Assembly: GCF_006345805.1 (NCBI RefSeq)
Contig: NC_042997.1
Coordinates: 206,460,001 to 206,524,000, forward strand
Direction of reading: 5' to 3'
Length of the DNA: 64,000 nucleotides
DNA from: Octopus sinensis
Lineage: Eukaryota
A model generated the notes under the pieces. That model was not told the origin of the DNA and did not search any database. It saw only the letters and a program-made list of their open reading frames with translations. Below, piece by piece: positions 39,300 to 52,270 of this stretch (the stretch's first letter is position 1; each line of letters starts with the position of its first letter). Made by a program: the position numbers and the translations under genes.

Positions 39300-42200
39300 T
39301 TATTATTATTATTATTATGATTATTATTATTATTGTTATCTTTTTTTTCTTCTTCTTTCAAATTTGCTTCCATTTCTTGCCGAGTGTCTTCCCGACTCCT
39401 AGGGCAAAGAAACTCATAGTATACATTGGTAGGCCATTAAACTAAACTCACTAGTTCGTTCATTTTTTTTTTTTAAAGTTAAATTAAAATACATGGGTAG
39501 TAATAGTTCTCACATCGACAATGCTCTTCTCAATACGTGTGATGTACCAGTTAAGACGATCTTTTGCACTTCTTGCAGGGATGGTAAGCCAGGGATCATT
39601 CTCATATAATTTTCGGTTCCCTTCTTGATCATTCCTAGTGCTCCTACGATCACTGGTATTGTAACCGCCTTGAGATGCCACATTTTCTCAATTTCAATGA
39701 GTAGGTCTTTATATTTTCTGAGCTTGTCAAACTCTTTCGCCGAGATATTATGATCACAAGGGATGCTCATGTCGATCAATAAGCAAACTTTATTGTTTTG
39801 GTCTTTCACAACAATATCCGGTTTATTGGCTTTGATGGTTCGGTCTGCATGTACTGGGAAGTCCCACATAATCGTTACATTTTCTCCTTCAGTTACAGCC
39901 TCAGGGTGGTGATTCTACCACTTGTCGGCAGTTTTGATATTGTAATGCTGACTTATTAGCCAGTATAGATATTGGCCAACTCTGTCATGTCTTAATTTAT
40001 ACTCCACTGGTGCTAAGACTTTACATCCAGAGATTAGGTGGTCCACTGTTTCAATCATGTTGTTGCAGAATCGGCATTTTGGGTCTGCTCCATTTTTCAT
40101 CACATTGGCCTGGTAGTTCCAAGTTAATAGGCTTTGATCTTGAGCAGCCAGGATGAAACCTTTCCTCTCTGCTTTTAGCCCTGCGCTCCGTAGCCACTGA
40201 TGGGTTTGCTTCTGGTCAACATCAGCTTGTTTGCTACGGGCCACATATTGGCCGTACAGAGGTTTCTCCTCCCACCTATCAGCCAACTGCTCATGCGCTT
40301 TTTTCGTTGCCATTATTTTCACCTTCTTTGCAACAATAGTTGCCGTACTTCCCTCAGGTTGTTCAGTTTGGGTATCCTGCACGAGATCAATAGCAAATTT
40401 TTTGCTTTCTTTTATGATAGAATGAAGCTTCTTTCGTTTCTCGTGATTTTCCACGAGCTTTAGCATCCAGTCATTCGTTATTTCAAGATATTTGGCCAGT
40501 CCAATTGTGGTTGTTTTGTAAGCTAGTTCAAATTGGATCAGGCCTCAACCTCCTTGGGCTCTGGGGAGGTAAAGGCGATCTACACCTGCCTTTGGGTGGT
40601 GCATCCTATTACAACTTAGCAGCTTGCGTATTTTCCTATCTATATTCTTTACTTCACTCATATTCCAGTTCAACACATTGTAGCTATAAGTAACAACTGG
40701 AACTGCTAAGGAATTTATAGCTAACACCTTGTTACGTGCATTTAGTTCAGATTTCAGGACTGCACGAACTCTCCTATAACATTCCTTCCTGATCTTCTCT
40801 TTAATGCTTGCATGCTGAATACCAGAGCCTTCATTTATCCCTAAATATTTGTATGTTTGTTCTTGCTCAAGCTCTCTTATGATTGTGTCAACATCTAAGA
40901 CGACTGAATTTGTGGTCTTCACTTTCCCTTTCTGGAAAGTGGCCTTGGCACACTTCTCAAGCCCAAACTCCATCCCGATGTCATCGCTGAATGCTTTCAC
41001 AGTGCGCAATAGGCCTTCAAGTTCATTATTGTCTTTACCATAGATTTTTAAGTCATCCATATAAAATAGATGGCTTATTTTTTTATTGGCAATTTTATAC
41101 CCATACCCTGTTCTGTTTAATTCACCTGTAAGGGGTATTAGGGCTATGCAGAATATTAAAGGTGAAAGTGAGTCACCTTGAAAAATTCTACAGTTGATGT
41201 TTATATTTTCTGAGGCAAGTACTCCATTAGAGTGGTATAATTGGAGATTCGTATTCCACAACGACATATTGTGCTTCAGGAAGCTTGAAATCACAGGGGA
41301 AATTTTGAAGATATCCAGCGATCTCAAGATCCATGGATGCGGTATACTGTCGAAGGCCTTTTTATAGTCAATCCATGCGGAGCTGAGATTTCTGCACTTG
41401 TCGTGACAGTTCTCAAGGATTATACGATTAATTAGCAGTTGATCTTTGCATCCATATGAGCCTCGGCGGCACCCTTTTTGTTTAATGGGGAAAATATCGT
41501 TCTTCTCCATGAATGCATATGTTTTCTCCGCCAGGATAGATGTTAGGATTTTATATGTGGTGGATAGACAGGTTATAGGCCGATAGTTTTTTTGAAAGTT
41601 GGTTTCGTTATTCTTAGGGAGTAGGTAAGTAATACCACTTGCTAACCATTCAGGTGTTTTCTTTGGGTCTCTCATAATTCCATTGAGCAGCTGAACTAGC
41701 TTACCGTGTGCGCATGGGAGCGATGCGAGCCAGAAATTCGGCACCCTATCTTTACCGGGGGATTTCCAATTATGGGCCTTCGTGAGTGCCTTTCTTAGGT
41801 CTGCTATTGTGATGTCTTCCCTTGCTTGTTGTTGTAAATTTTGGTAGGATCCTTCTGTTTGTATAATCCAGTCTGCATTTATGTTGTACGTCTTCTTGTC
41901 ACTCCAAATCCTTTTCCAAAAGTGTTGAACTTCTTCCATGGGAGGGGGGGGGTCTTTAACGGTCACTTTCTCCTTCCCTATTTCTCTGTAGAATTTTTTG
42001 GCATTGGATTTGAACAGCTTATTTTGCTTGTAAAACTTGTTTCTCTTCTCAAATCTTCGTATTCTTTGGGCTTTTGCTTGGACTTTTTGTTTCAGCGTTT
42101 CTTTTATTGATATCAGTTCTTCTCTTGGTGAGGATTCAAATTTTCTCTTCATCTTTCTTCCTGTTCTGGATCTTACATCATTTCCACATATTAGTTCATT

Positions 42201-43260
42201 TAATATTGATATTTCCCCTCTCATAAATTCAATCTCTTTTTCAATTTTACTTCTCCAGGTTTGATTTCTTCCCAGGTTTTGTTTTCTTTGTTTTTTCGGG
42301 GGCATACAGCTGGTTTCAATTGCCCTAGCAGAAGCGTAAATAATTTCATTTAACTCAGTAAAATCAGGTTTTAATTCTCGTATTATTTCATTTGTTACAT
42401 AGTTGCCAATTTGGATTTGTTTTTTATTTTGGTTTGTATTTGAGAGTTTATGAAGCGGTTCTCTATCATTCATACTTGTATGTCTTACAACTTCAAGCGT
42501 ATTCAGGATTTTCTGCCTCATTTCTGCCATAGACTCTCTGTGTTCTTCAGCAAATGCGAGATCTTCAGTTACTGTTGTTTTTTCGTTTTCCTGGCTATCT
42601 TTAACAGGTACAATAGAATTTCTTGTATCTTCAGGCCTTTGCGTACTTTGGTCAGATGGCAGTCTTTCAATTAAGCCTCGTGGCGGGCTATACTGTTCAT
42701 CTGATTCTTCATTTCCTTTGTGTCTTATATTTATGTCATTTTCCATTGCGTGCTTGATCGCGCTTATTTCACTGTCTGTGAGTCTGTTATTTCTAAGGAT
42801 ATCCCTCCTCACATTTGCCAATTTGTTCTTGTCCAAATAGGGCCTACTGTCTTGATTCCGTGTTCTCCATATACTGTAAGAGTTTACGGTGTGTCTCTCT
42901 TGAGATGGCCTACCTAATGCATAGTAATAAGCGTATATTACTTCTTTATACTCTTCTCGGGTCCATTTATTCCACTTACATTTTTCTTTCTGTGGTGGTG
43001 AACTTGGAGGGCTCGAGTTGGGGAATTTCCCGTTCAAGTGACCATCCATGTCCGTATTCAGAGAAGAGTTTGTGCCAGTTGATGACTTTTCGATCCCAGG
43101 CTGTCTCTTCCCTGGGGGACGCACTTCCAGATTAACCATAGGACAGGCGATTTGGTATACTGATTTAGTTTTCCTTTTAGTTTCCAAAAACATTTTGGTG
43201 CTACAATAATGTTATCATTTTTGAGCTTTGATTGGCTCATGGGGAGACGGCCATCATTGT
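39300..43260 (-). mobile_element. Near full-length R4/Dong-type LINE (family C)
   Basis: N-terminal WTREEYKEV...W domain, RT, CCHC (CRFCNNMIETVDHLISGC), RLE (NKPDIVVKD...LIDMS); 3' UTR ends in (AAT)n. Confidence 0.95.
39510..43193 (-). pseudogene. R4/Dong RT-RLE polyprotein, 1228 codons in one frame with 2 premature stops
   Basis: ORFs 43193-40545, 40466-39915 and 39869-39510 are in the same frame (gaps of 78 and 45 nt); stops are GGT TGA GGC (GG[R]GL) and TGG TAG (W[Y]). Confidence 0.9.
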
Positions 43261-43690
43261 CGTTACAATTATAATCGTACTATTATAGCAACCGTAGCTG
43301 GCTTATTATTGTTATTATCATCACCTTTATTATCACTATTATTATTATCACCACTATTACTATCATTATTATCATCATCACCATCACCATCATCATCATC
43401 ATCATCAATGATATTGTTTTATGTGTAGTCACAGCAGTATCTTAATATTGTTATTTTTGTTTTTATCGTTATCACCATCACAATAGTGTCTGTCTGTCTC
43501 GTTGGCTGGCTGGGTGGTTGGCTGGCTGGCTGTCTTCAATGCCAGAATTCTTGCCTGGCAGATGATACATTCATATTTGGTTAACATCTAAAGAGCGGGG
43601 GTGGGGTTTGTGTTGGCTGAACTCTGTGTGTGTGTGTAGATAGACAGATAGATTATCAGCACTATTACTATCATTATTATCATCATCACC

Positions 43691-43742
<52 letters not shown>

Positions 43743-43864
43743 TTCTACCTTTCCTTTCTTTAATGTAAGCTCCATCCATGTGGGAATCAATTCAGAAGAC
43801 AGCAAAGAAAGCAGGTAATGTACCATGCAACTGTAAAAATGATATCCTCCTCCTCCTTCTTCTT

Positions 43865-44421
43865 GAGTGAAAGAGCAGTGCATCCCATCAAAGTGACACT
43901 GGGGTAAAATATACGAAGCCCAGTATACCCATCATGAGTACCCGTCTGATAAGGGTACATCAGGCACATGCATCACAACCATATGTTCGCAACATGGTGA
44001 TCTCATATTAAGATAAACAGCACATGACCTTGCAGGTGGGACCCAGTTAGAATTTTCCTCTGGTCGAGTAGCCCATCCTGCTCAAAAGATCCCTGAATAA
44101 GGATTGTTTAAGGGAGTTGAACGATGCACTCATGTTTCCAAAGGTGAATTATCCAAACCTCTAAGAATTCCTCTCAACACATGGCTATGATGCTTCCCCA
44201 CTACTTCTGCTCATGATCAGCGATGCACATATCGTCAGCCAGTAAGGGACAGTCTCAACTGGTTAAGGTCAAACAACTGACAAGCAAATCTGTGGTATTG
44301 AGCAGAATATTTGCTGTAACCCATCTTTTATACCAAGGCAAAACAATGTACATGATAACACTTCCAATCAGTTAAGATCAGAAGCCATGAGAACCACTGC
44401 CTGGTACTGCATCAAGGCATT
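43865..44421 (-). mobile_element. ~550-bp non-coding (AAT)n-tailed retroelement, copy 4
   Basis: Full-length homology; its 5' end abuts the tail of the R4 at 44440. Confidence 0.88.
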
Positions 44422-44439
44422 TATTATTATTATTATTAT

Positions 44440-46870
44440 TCACTAGTTTTATTTTTATACCGTGCTTTCATTTCACTATCGAGCGCAGCTCTGTGCACCT
44501 TGGGTATGTGCTGTGATTTGTTGTGATGCTCTGATGGTTACCATATTGAAAGTGTTCTGTGTAGGATGTGTGCAGTGCCTAGTAGTGCAATTTTCTGTAT
44601 GTTATATGTGTTTGTAAGTCCTGGTATTTTTCTTATGTATTTGTCTGAATATTTTTTATCATGCCTAATGCATCTGCTATGATAGCAATTGTTTCTGTTT
44701 TTAGACTCCACATTCGAGTTACCTCTATTTCTAGATCTTTGTAGTTTGAAAGTTTATCCATTTGTTTTAGAGACACATTGTCATCTGCTGGTATTGATAC
44801 ATCAATTAGAAAGCATTTTTTTTCTTCATGATCTCTGACAACTATATCTGGTCTGTTGGCTTTAATTTCTCTATCTGGTGTATCGGCATATCCCAGAGTA
44901 TGGTTGCTTTCTCGTTTTCTGTGACCTTTTCTGGTGTGTGCCTATACCATCTTTTTTCTGTTGTTATTCCATAATGTTGGCATAGCTTCCAGTGTATGTA
45001 GGTTCCAACTCTGTCGTGTCTGTGAATATATTCCTTCTTAGCCAGGACTGGGCAGCTAGAGATAATATGATTTATTGTTTGTTGTCCATCTCCACATATT
45101 CTGCAGTTACTTGTTATGTTTGTTTCCATAACATGTTTTTGGTAATTTCTCGTGTAGAGGCTTTGGTCTTGTGCTGCAATAAAAAATCCTTCAGTCTCTG
45201 CTTTGGGTTCTGAGCTTCTCAACCATTGCTGGGAATTTTCTCTGTCTATTTCTTTTGCATTTAGTTTAGTGCAGTATTTACCATGAAGGGGCTTTTCTTG
45301 CCATCGTTTTATCATGGTCCGTTGCTGTTCTAGTTCTAGTTTGGATTTCATTTGTTTTACACCTTTTGTTGTTTCTTCTTCTTTATAGTTGTCAGGTACT
45401 ATAACTTCTTTTTTGCATTTTTCAGCTTCCTTAAAGACTGAAAATAGTTTTTGCTTTGTTTGTGTTTTGTGGCTATTTCCATTAGTTTTCTTTGCTTCTG
45501 AAGTAAGTATTTTTGCACTCCTATGGTGGTTATTTTGTAATAGTTTTCCAGCTGTATAAGGCCTCTACCACCTTCTATACATTGTATATATAGCCTTTCT
45601 ATGTCAGATTTTGGGTTGTGCATCCTAGATTCTGTTGTTATTTTTCTGGTTTCCTGTTTATTTTGGTTAGTTCATTTAGAGTCCAGTTAAGGATATTGTA
45701 GCTGTAACTTATAACTGGGACAGCTAGAGTGTTGATACATATAATCTTGGTTTCCACACTGAGCTCTGTTTTCAGTATTAACCTAACTCATCTATTATAT
45801 TCTTTCTGTATTTTCTCTTTCATTTGTGTGGGTTGTATCATATCTAGTTCATTGATTCCTAAGTATTTGTATGTCTGGCTTTGGTCTAATTCTCTTATTT
45901 CATTTGCTTTATCTAGCATCATGTTGCTACTCTTAACTATTTTTCCTCTTTTCAAGGTTACTTTGGCGCATTTTTCTAAACCAAATACCATGATTAATTC
46001 TTTGGTAAATCCATGTACTGTCTGTAGCAATGTTTCTAGCTGCATATTTGTAGCGTACAGTTTTAGGTCATCCATATATAAAAGGTGGCTGATTGTTTTG
46101 CTGTAACTGTTGTATCCACATCCATTTCTGTTTAGCATGTCAGATAAAGGTGTCAGTGACAAGCAGAAAAGGAGTGGAGAGAGCGTGTCTCCCAGGAATA
46201 TTCCTCTTCTAATGGGGATGGCTTTGGTTTTTATGAGTTCCTCTTTTGTCTGGAGCTGTAGCACTGTCTGCCATTTATTCATGGAATGTCTTATATATTT
46301 TATGGTTATTGGTGCCACCTTGTTCATGGTTAGTGTTTCTAGGATCCATGTGTGGGGAATACTACCAAAAGCCTTTTGGTAATCAATCCAGGCCATACTT
46401 AGACCCTTCTTCTTTCTGCAGTTGTCTTCAGTTATGACTTTATTGATCATTAGCTGCTATTTACAGCCATATGAACCTTTGCAGCATCCTTTCTGCTCTT
46501 CTAATAAGAGGCTGTTTTCTTCCAGATGCTTGCTCATTCTCTGTGATATTATTGCAGTAAAGACTTTGTAAATTGTAGGGAGACAAGTTATTGGTCTGTA
46601 ATTTTGTGGGTTTGCCATTTCAGTGGATTTGGGAATTAAAATAGTTTTCCCCTTTCATGAGCCATTCAAGCATTGTCTCTGGCTCTGCTAATATGTCATT
46701 AAATTTCTCAGCCAGCTTTTTGTGTATTCCTGTCAGATTTCTTAACCAGAAGTTGGGGATCTCATCATTCCCAGGTGCCCTCCAGTTGCTTAGCTTATAC
46801 AGTGCCTGGGTGACCTCTTCAGTTATTATAGGGGTCAAGAATTGTTCAGGTGCTGAGTTCGTTGCTTTGA
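44440..46870 (-). mobile_element. R4/Dong-type (family A), 5'-truncated
   Basis: NWRAPGNDEIPNFW, GIFLGDTLSPLLF, HLLYMDDLKL, CRICGDGQQTINH. Confidence 0.92.
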
Positions 46871-46970
46871 GAGATTATCATTATTGTTATTATTATTATA
46901 TAAAGGATTGAGGTAACTCCTCCTGAAGATATAGAGTCGAAATTAAAAGAAGAGTGCCATTGTCATCTAG

Positions 46971-47011
46971 TGAACAATATTTCGACATCTTGTGTGTCTT
47001 CAACAGGCTCA
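46971..47011 (-). ncRNA. Minimal type I hammerhead ribozyme fold, variant core (Penelope-type)
   Basis: UGAGC-CUGUUGA-A-GACA[CACAAGA]UGUC-GAAA-UAUU-GUUCA: 5-bp stem I, 4-bp stem II, palindromic AAUAUU stem III, AUU cleavage triplet. Activity is untested. Confidence 0.6.
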
Positions 47012-47148
47012 ATAAATAATTTTGTCAATCTACTTCATTTTGGTTAAAATATAAAAAGGATTGAGGTAACTCCTACTGAAGATATAGAGTCAAAATAATT
47101 AAAAGAAGACACTCTTTTAATTTTGACTCTACTATTATTGTTATTATG

Positions 47149-47180
<32 letters not shown>

Positions 47181-47374
47181 CATTATTATTATTATTATTA
47201 TTATTATTACTCATCATTCAAGGTAGCAGAATCGTTATTATGCCATCCCGTTTGCGAGTCATTCAGGCCTTGTCTCTGGCTCTGCTAATATGTCATTAAA
47301 TTTCTCAGCCAACTTTTTATGTGTTCCTCTTAGGTATTTTAACCAGAAGTTGGGGATTTTGTTGTGCTTGGATA

Positions 47375-47830
47375 CCTTCCACTGCTCTATGGACCAGTTC
47401 CATAGGATTTTACTCCACTTTAAATGCTTTGCAATGTTTGTTTTTGAATGTAGTGATTTTCTGACTGCAACCCCCATGTGTAATCCGGCTTTGTACAGCT
47501 CCCTGCAAACAGTTTTTGTGGAAACTAGGTTCTCGAGGTGATCATTAAGCTGTGCAGTAATTTTGGGAGCTGTACTTTTGTGATCATTTTTAACAATTTG
47601 CATAAGAGTCTGACGGTTACTATTTGAAAGTTTTGGTTTTCTTCCAGTGTTTTGTTTCGATGAGGAGGTTTTTTCCCTCATTCTGAAAGGCTGTCATTAC
47701 TTTCGAGACAGTACTTCTTGATACACCAAACATTTTGGCTGTTTTTGTTACTCTAGTGCCTGCCATACGAGCACCAATGATTTGACCTCTGAAAGTCTGA
47801 TAGATCTGTCATTTTAATGAATTTTAATTC
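47375..47830 (-). mobile_element. Tc1-like transposase 5' fragment
   Basis: GRKPKLSNSNRQTLMQIVKNDHKSTAPKITAQLN...VSTKTVCRELYKAG...WSIEQWK (Tc1 HTH region). Confidence 0.85.
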
Positions 47831-47964
47831 CCTTTTCTGATAATATCTGAAAAGAAACAACAATTTTAGCAAAACATATTAAGCAACACTAATAATGAAT
47901 AAAAAAAAACATAAAAATAAACAAGCTTTTAATAGTTTTATAGATATTTCAAAATTTTGATGCT

Positions 47965-48420
47965 ATGATGCTAGCTGTTTCCATTATTTTGTCCAACCCC
48001 TGTATATGTCTCTCACCGAGTAAGCTATCACTGTTCCTTTCCAGTGGTTTATTAGAGATCTCACCTCAGTTTTCTGCTATGAGATTTCTTTTACCAGTAG
48101 GAACTGTATTTTCATCATTTCCTCTGCTGCTGTTTTCCAATACCCATCTTTTGAGAGCTTCAAGCTCTACTTCTGTGAACCAACGAATTTTTCTTGTTGC
48201 TCTAGCTTGATCACATAATCTCCGATCTGTGAGTTGAAACAATCTTCTTTCTCTCCATTGATCATACATACGTTGTCGGTATCCCCTAAGATGAACACCA
48301 TTTTCATCTTTGGAGTTACTCAAATTGCAACACCCCATGACCGCAGCGTTGATTTGTTAGTTCCATCTACGCCATGTGTGCTAGTCCTTTACTGGATAAC
48401 GACTGGCTGGAGTCGGACCA
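47965..48420 (-). mobile_element. R4/Dong-type N-terminal fragment
   Basis: GYRQRMYDQWRER...RLCDQARATRKIRWFTEVELE, the R4 N-terminal domain. Confidence 0.75.
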
Positions 48421-49095
48421 GTATCTCTGAGCTTGCTGGGTGCAACACTGTCATCACTGTCATCATCAAGGGCTTCAGTTTCATTACCATCGTTATTCAC
48501 AATATTTTTGTCATTGTCACTCATATGAGGTGGCCATTATCAGGTTACGCAATTACCAGTGTTTTTATTGTGACACCATCACTAGATGCATCATCGATCA
48601 GAGCATAAGGAGATTCCAACCACTTCCTTTTGTTATTATTATTTTCATTTTTTCTACTAATATTTGTCATTGTTAATATTTCCTCTGACCCAACTTCAGT
48701 TTTGGCTAAATTATTATTATTATTATCATTATTACCATCATTATTATTAATTCTATTTATTATTAAAAGGTATTATTGAATGTTGTTTAGTTTCAGCTTT
48801 TGTCTTGTACTTGAGATGATCATAAATATGTGAGTGTTTAAGGGAATTGTAGGAGCAAAAGAGACAGCTTGGTGAACAGATTAAATTCTACAGGTCTGTA
48901 AATAGATTTGGCAGATGGTGAAGAGATTAGCAATGGGTATTCCTGTGTGATAAAGAGACAAAAGCAGCCTCACACCTTTGGGGGCTGCAGAGGTCAAATG
49001 TGTTTACTACTACTAGCGATCAATGAGAGCGCTGACCTTGGCCTTGAAAAAGAACCAATTCACCCTATTCTATTTTTAAGTACTGATCGGGAAAA

Positions 49096-49137
<42 letters not shown>

Positions 49138-49760
49138 GAGAGATATAGATATACTGATGTTCACCTCAAATTTCTTAATTTTTTTTTTTTAATTTTTCTT
49201 TTTGTTTTATAAGTTTTGCTGTGGTTTACAGTTTTTGTAATTGTGCAGTTTGTATATATTGGCAGGTGCTTACCTTCTTAATTTTTTTTTTTATCATGCA
49301 TTTAATTGTGTTGTTACAGTGAAATGTATATTTACATATCCGGGTAGTCTGGAAAAAAGAAAGATAAAATTTTCACACGAAATTGTAGATATCAAAGTTT
49401 CTAAATTTTGTAGAGATATTTGTTCATATGTCCGAACAGAGAAAACTTGTAGTGTTCTTAGTATAAAAAGGATGTTTACATTTTCGAATACTCAGGAAGA
49501 AAGGAAAGTATAGGTATTCACAGAAGTTGTAGATATTAAAGATTTTAAAGCTGATCATTTGTGCCTTGGAAGACTTTAGATATGTAAGTTTCTCATTTTG
49601 AAGGAAATTTAAAATACTCACGGGAATCTGTGGATATTCCACTCTTTAAGAGTTATTTTTCAGTTGTCCTTCTGACTTGTATTAGTGTGATTCTGTGTCT
49701 TCAGTTATTGACTGGTCAGAGAAGCAAGAACATGTCCAACCACTGTCAATGCTGGCACTC

Positions 49761-49819
<59 letters not shown>

Positions 49820-49899
49820 GATTCTCATCAATGCTCAGAATTTCCCCGAGAACATCATCACACTTCCCCGACATTAATCCTCTGTAGGTTTCTAAAGCA

Positions 49900-50545
49900 G
49901 AGCATCTACTGACTCCCATTACCCAAATTGTAGAGGGCTGTGAGCTCCTGAAGACATTCTAAGTGCCTGGCGCCCAGTCTCGGTTTTTTCTTCACCCATG
50001 ATTGCAGCTCCATCAGGGAGAAGAGCTGTGGGTAATTTCCAGATGTCCTTGGCTTGGCAGTGCTATTGGGGAATGCTGGATGTGCTGTGAGATGGATTTT
50101 TCTGAGGTGCACACAGAGTGACACAAACGTTCTGCACACCCTCATTCAGTGTCCGGGCATTGCTGACTTGTGAAGTTATGTCTAACAGCTGCTGTAATGT
50201 GTGAGATGGATCCATCTGTCAGCCGAGTCTGTAGTGATGATTGCCCTGCTGCCCTCCTTGAATCGGGCAGGCAAGGCAGTTTTCCTTTGCCTGGTGGCTG
50301 TGCTGAAAGTGTTTGTTTGGTGGACAAAAATGAAGGGCATGAGGACAGATACATTCCTCATTGGTAGAGCTCTCATTGACTTCTTCGAAAAGAAATTGAG
50401 AGTGAAGAGGGAAGTGCTGTCCTTGAGTGTATTTATCAAAAGATGGGTGGAAGTTGCAAAAACGGCAAGAGTGGATGGGTTCCCCTCTAAGTGTAGACCT
50501 GCAAGTCGGAGAGAAGGAATTGGAGAGAGCACTTGCTCATAGGGT
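49900..50545 (+). mobile_element. L1/Tx1-type LINE 3' fragment
   Basis: TNVLHTLIQCP (C-terminal Cys/His motif) and WWTKMKGMRTDTFL...FIKRWVEV resemble a Tx1 ORF2 C-terminus. Confidence 0.6.
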
Positions 50546-51019
50546 TTCAGGGAAATGTCAGACAGTGGAGTTCCTCAATTATTCCTAGAGGCATTCCTGT
50601 ATCAGGTGGGCCACATCTTTTATCATCCTCCCTCCTGCATATTTTTTGATACCTCTGTATGCTATGCATGTGTGTCCTCTTTCCCAGTGTATACCGTGTA
50701 AACCTCTTTCTTTTTATTCATTTACCATTTCATTATTACATGTAAACCTTCCACACTTTATGTCTGTCTTTGTATTGTCTCCCTCAACTTTTGCCCTTGT
50801 GGGAAAATAAATGAAATCAACATCATCATTATTATGTTCTACCTTTGCAGGTAACTCGCTGAGAGATCACTTGCTTTTTGGAAAGAACAAAGGTAAGGTA
50901 CCATGCAACTGTAAAACTGATATTATATTATATTATTATTATTCCTTCATAACACAGTGTAGGTATACTGCACCAGAGTCTTTAGTCATCTGTCAAGTCA
51001 CAAGAAGGACCTCAGACAG

Positions 51020-51440
51020 ATAAAACTTACCTTAAGGTGTGCGCTGTGCCCATTAAGTCTGCTTGTTGCAAGACATCAATCTTGCATGGGATTTCCAGTT
51101 GCCTAAAGAAGTCTTGAAGTTTCAATGGGATTGAGTCCAACACTCTGATCACCACTGGTATCGCTTTTACATTACCCTCTCGCATTCCATACAGTCTTAC
51201 CATTTCCCCTTTCAATTTGGAGTACTTGGTAATTTTTTCAACCTCTTCTCTCACAACATCCATGTCATTTGGTATGGCTACATCAATGATCTGACAGTAT
51301 TTCTCTCTTTTATTCAATATGACAATATCCGACCGACGGTGTTCGATTACACAATCCGTCTGAAAAATCATAGTCCCAAGAGTATCGTTACTTTTCCATC
51401 CTCCTGCACAACTTTACTTGGTGCATGCTCATACCTGTTC
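51020..51440 (-). mobile_element. RLE-type LINE 3' fragment
   Basis: FQTDCVIEHRRSDIVILNKREKYCQIIDVAIP...KITKYSKL. Confidence 0.8.
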
Positions 51441-52270
51441 ACTGTTACTTCAAATTCGTATATACTGGGCCTCAAAACCAGTTTTATATTATGATCAGTA
51501 AAACTGAAACGGATTTGCCAAAACCAATTTAAATGTTTGCTGTTTCTGTTTTTTTTTTTTTCGCAAAACATTTCTCCATTTTTTCTTTTCAAGAAATATT
51601 GAAACTGAACTAACTGAACTGTTGAGAATGCTGTCTGTTTCATTGAAACATATTGCAACATATCAATTCTCACCTTCTCTCCCCTTGAACCTTAGATCAG
51701 CACTTTGTCATTTCCTTTGCTAACCCCTGGCTGACTCTTTGAATTTGGAGGTAATAGAGTTTATTCATAGCAAGTCAAGGGGATGCTGTTAGTCTTCAGT
51801 CGGGTGATCTTTCCCGTTGAGCATATGTAATAACCAGTTCCAGATTCATTTGAAGGAAGTAACACTAACTAAATTTTTCTTAATTATTTTCAAAAAGAAA
51901 ATCAACTGTTTGGAAATTTTTCGATAGGAAAAACAAAGATGAAGCTCAATGCAATAAGTGTGATAAGATCATGAAGTCTTCTGGAGGATCTACTACGTCT
52001 GATCTTGCACTTGAAGAAAATTCATCAAATCGGCATAAATCAAGATGCAAACCCGCCTCCTGTGAAAATGACAACAACAATGGAACACTTTGTAACAAAG
52101 AAATCAATGGAAGAAGAGGTTTCAAAGTTAGCTGCTATGGATGGATTCTCTTTCAATTCAATCGCCAAAAGCGATTTTATTCAGAGAAATCTTCATAGTC
52201 AGAGAGGAAAATATGATAAATTACAACCAACATCTGTAAACGGAGTCAGGAATATGGTAATGAATTATTA

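Noticed and set aside
47259-47681. 140-aa ORF as a novel Tc1-RT fusion
   Set aside because: Chance in-frame junction of a Tc1 fragment and an R4 fragment.
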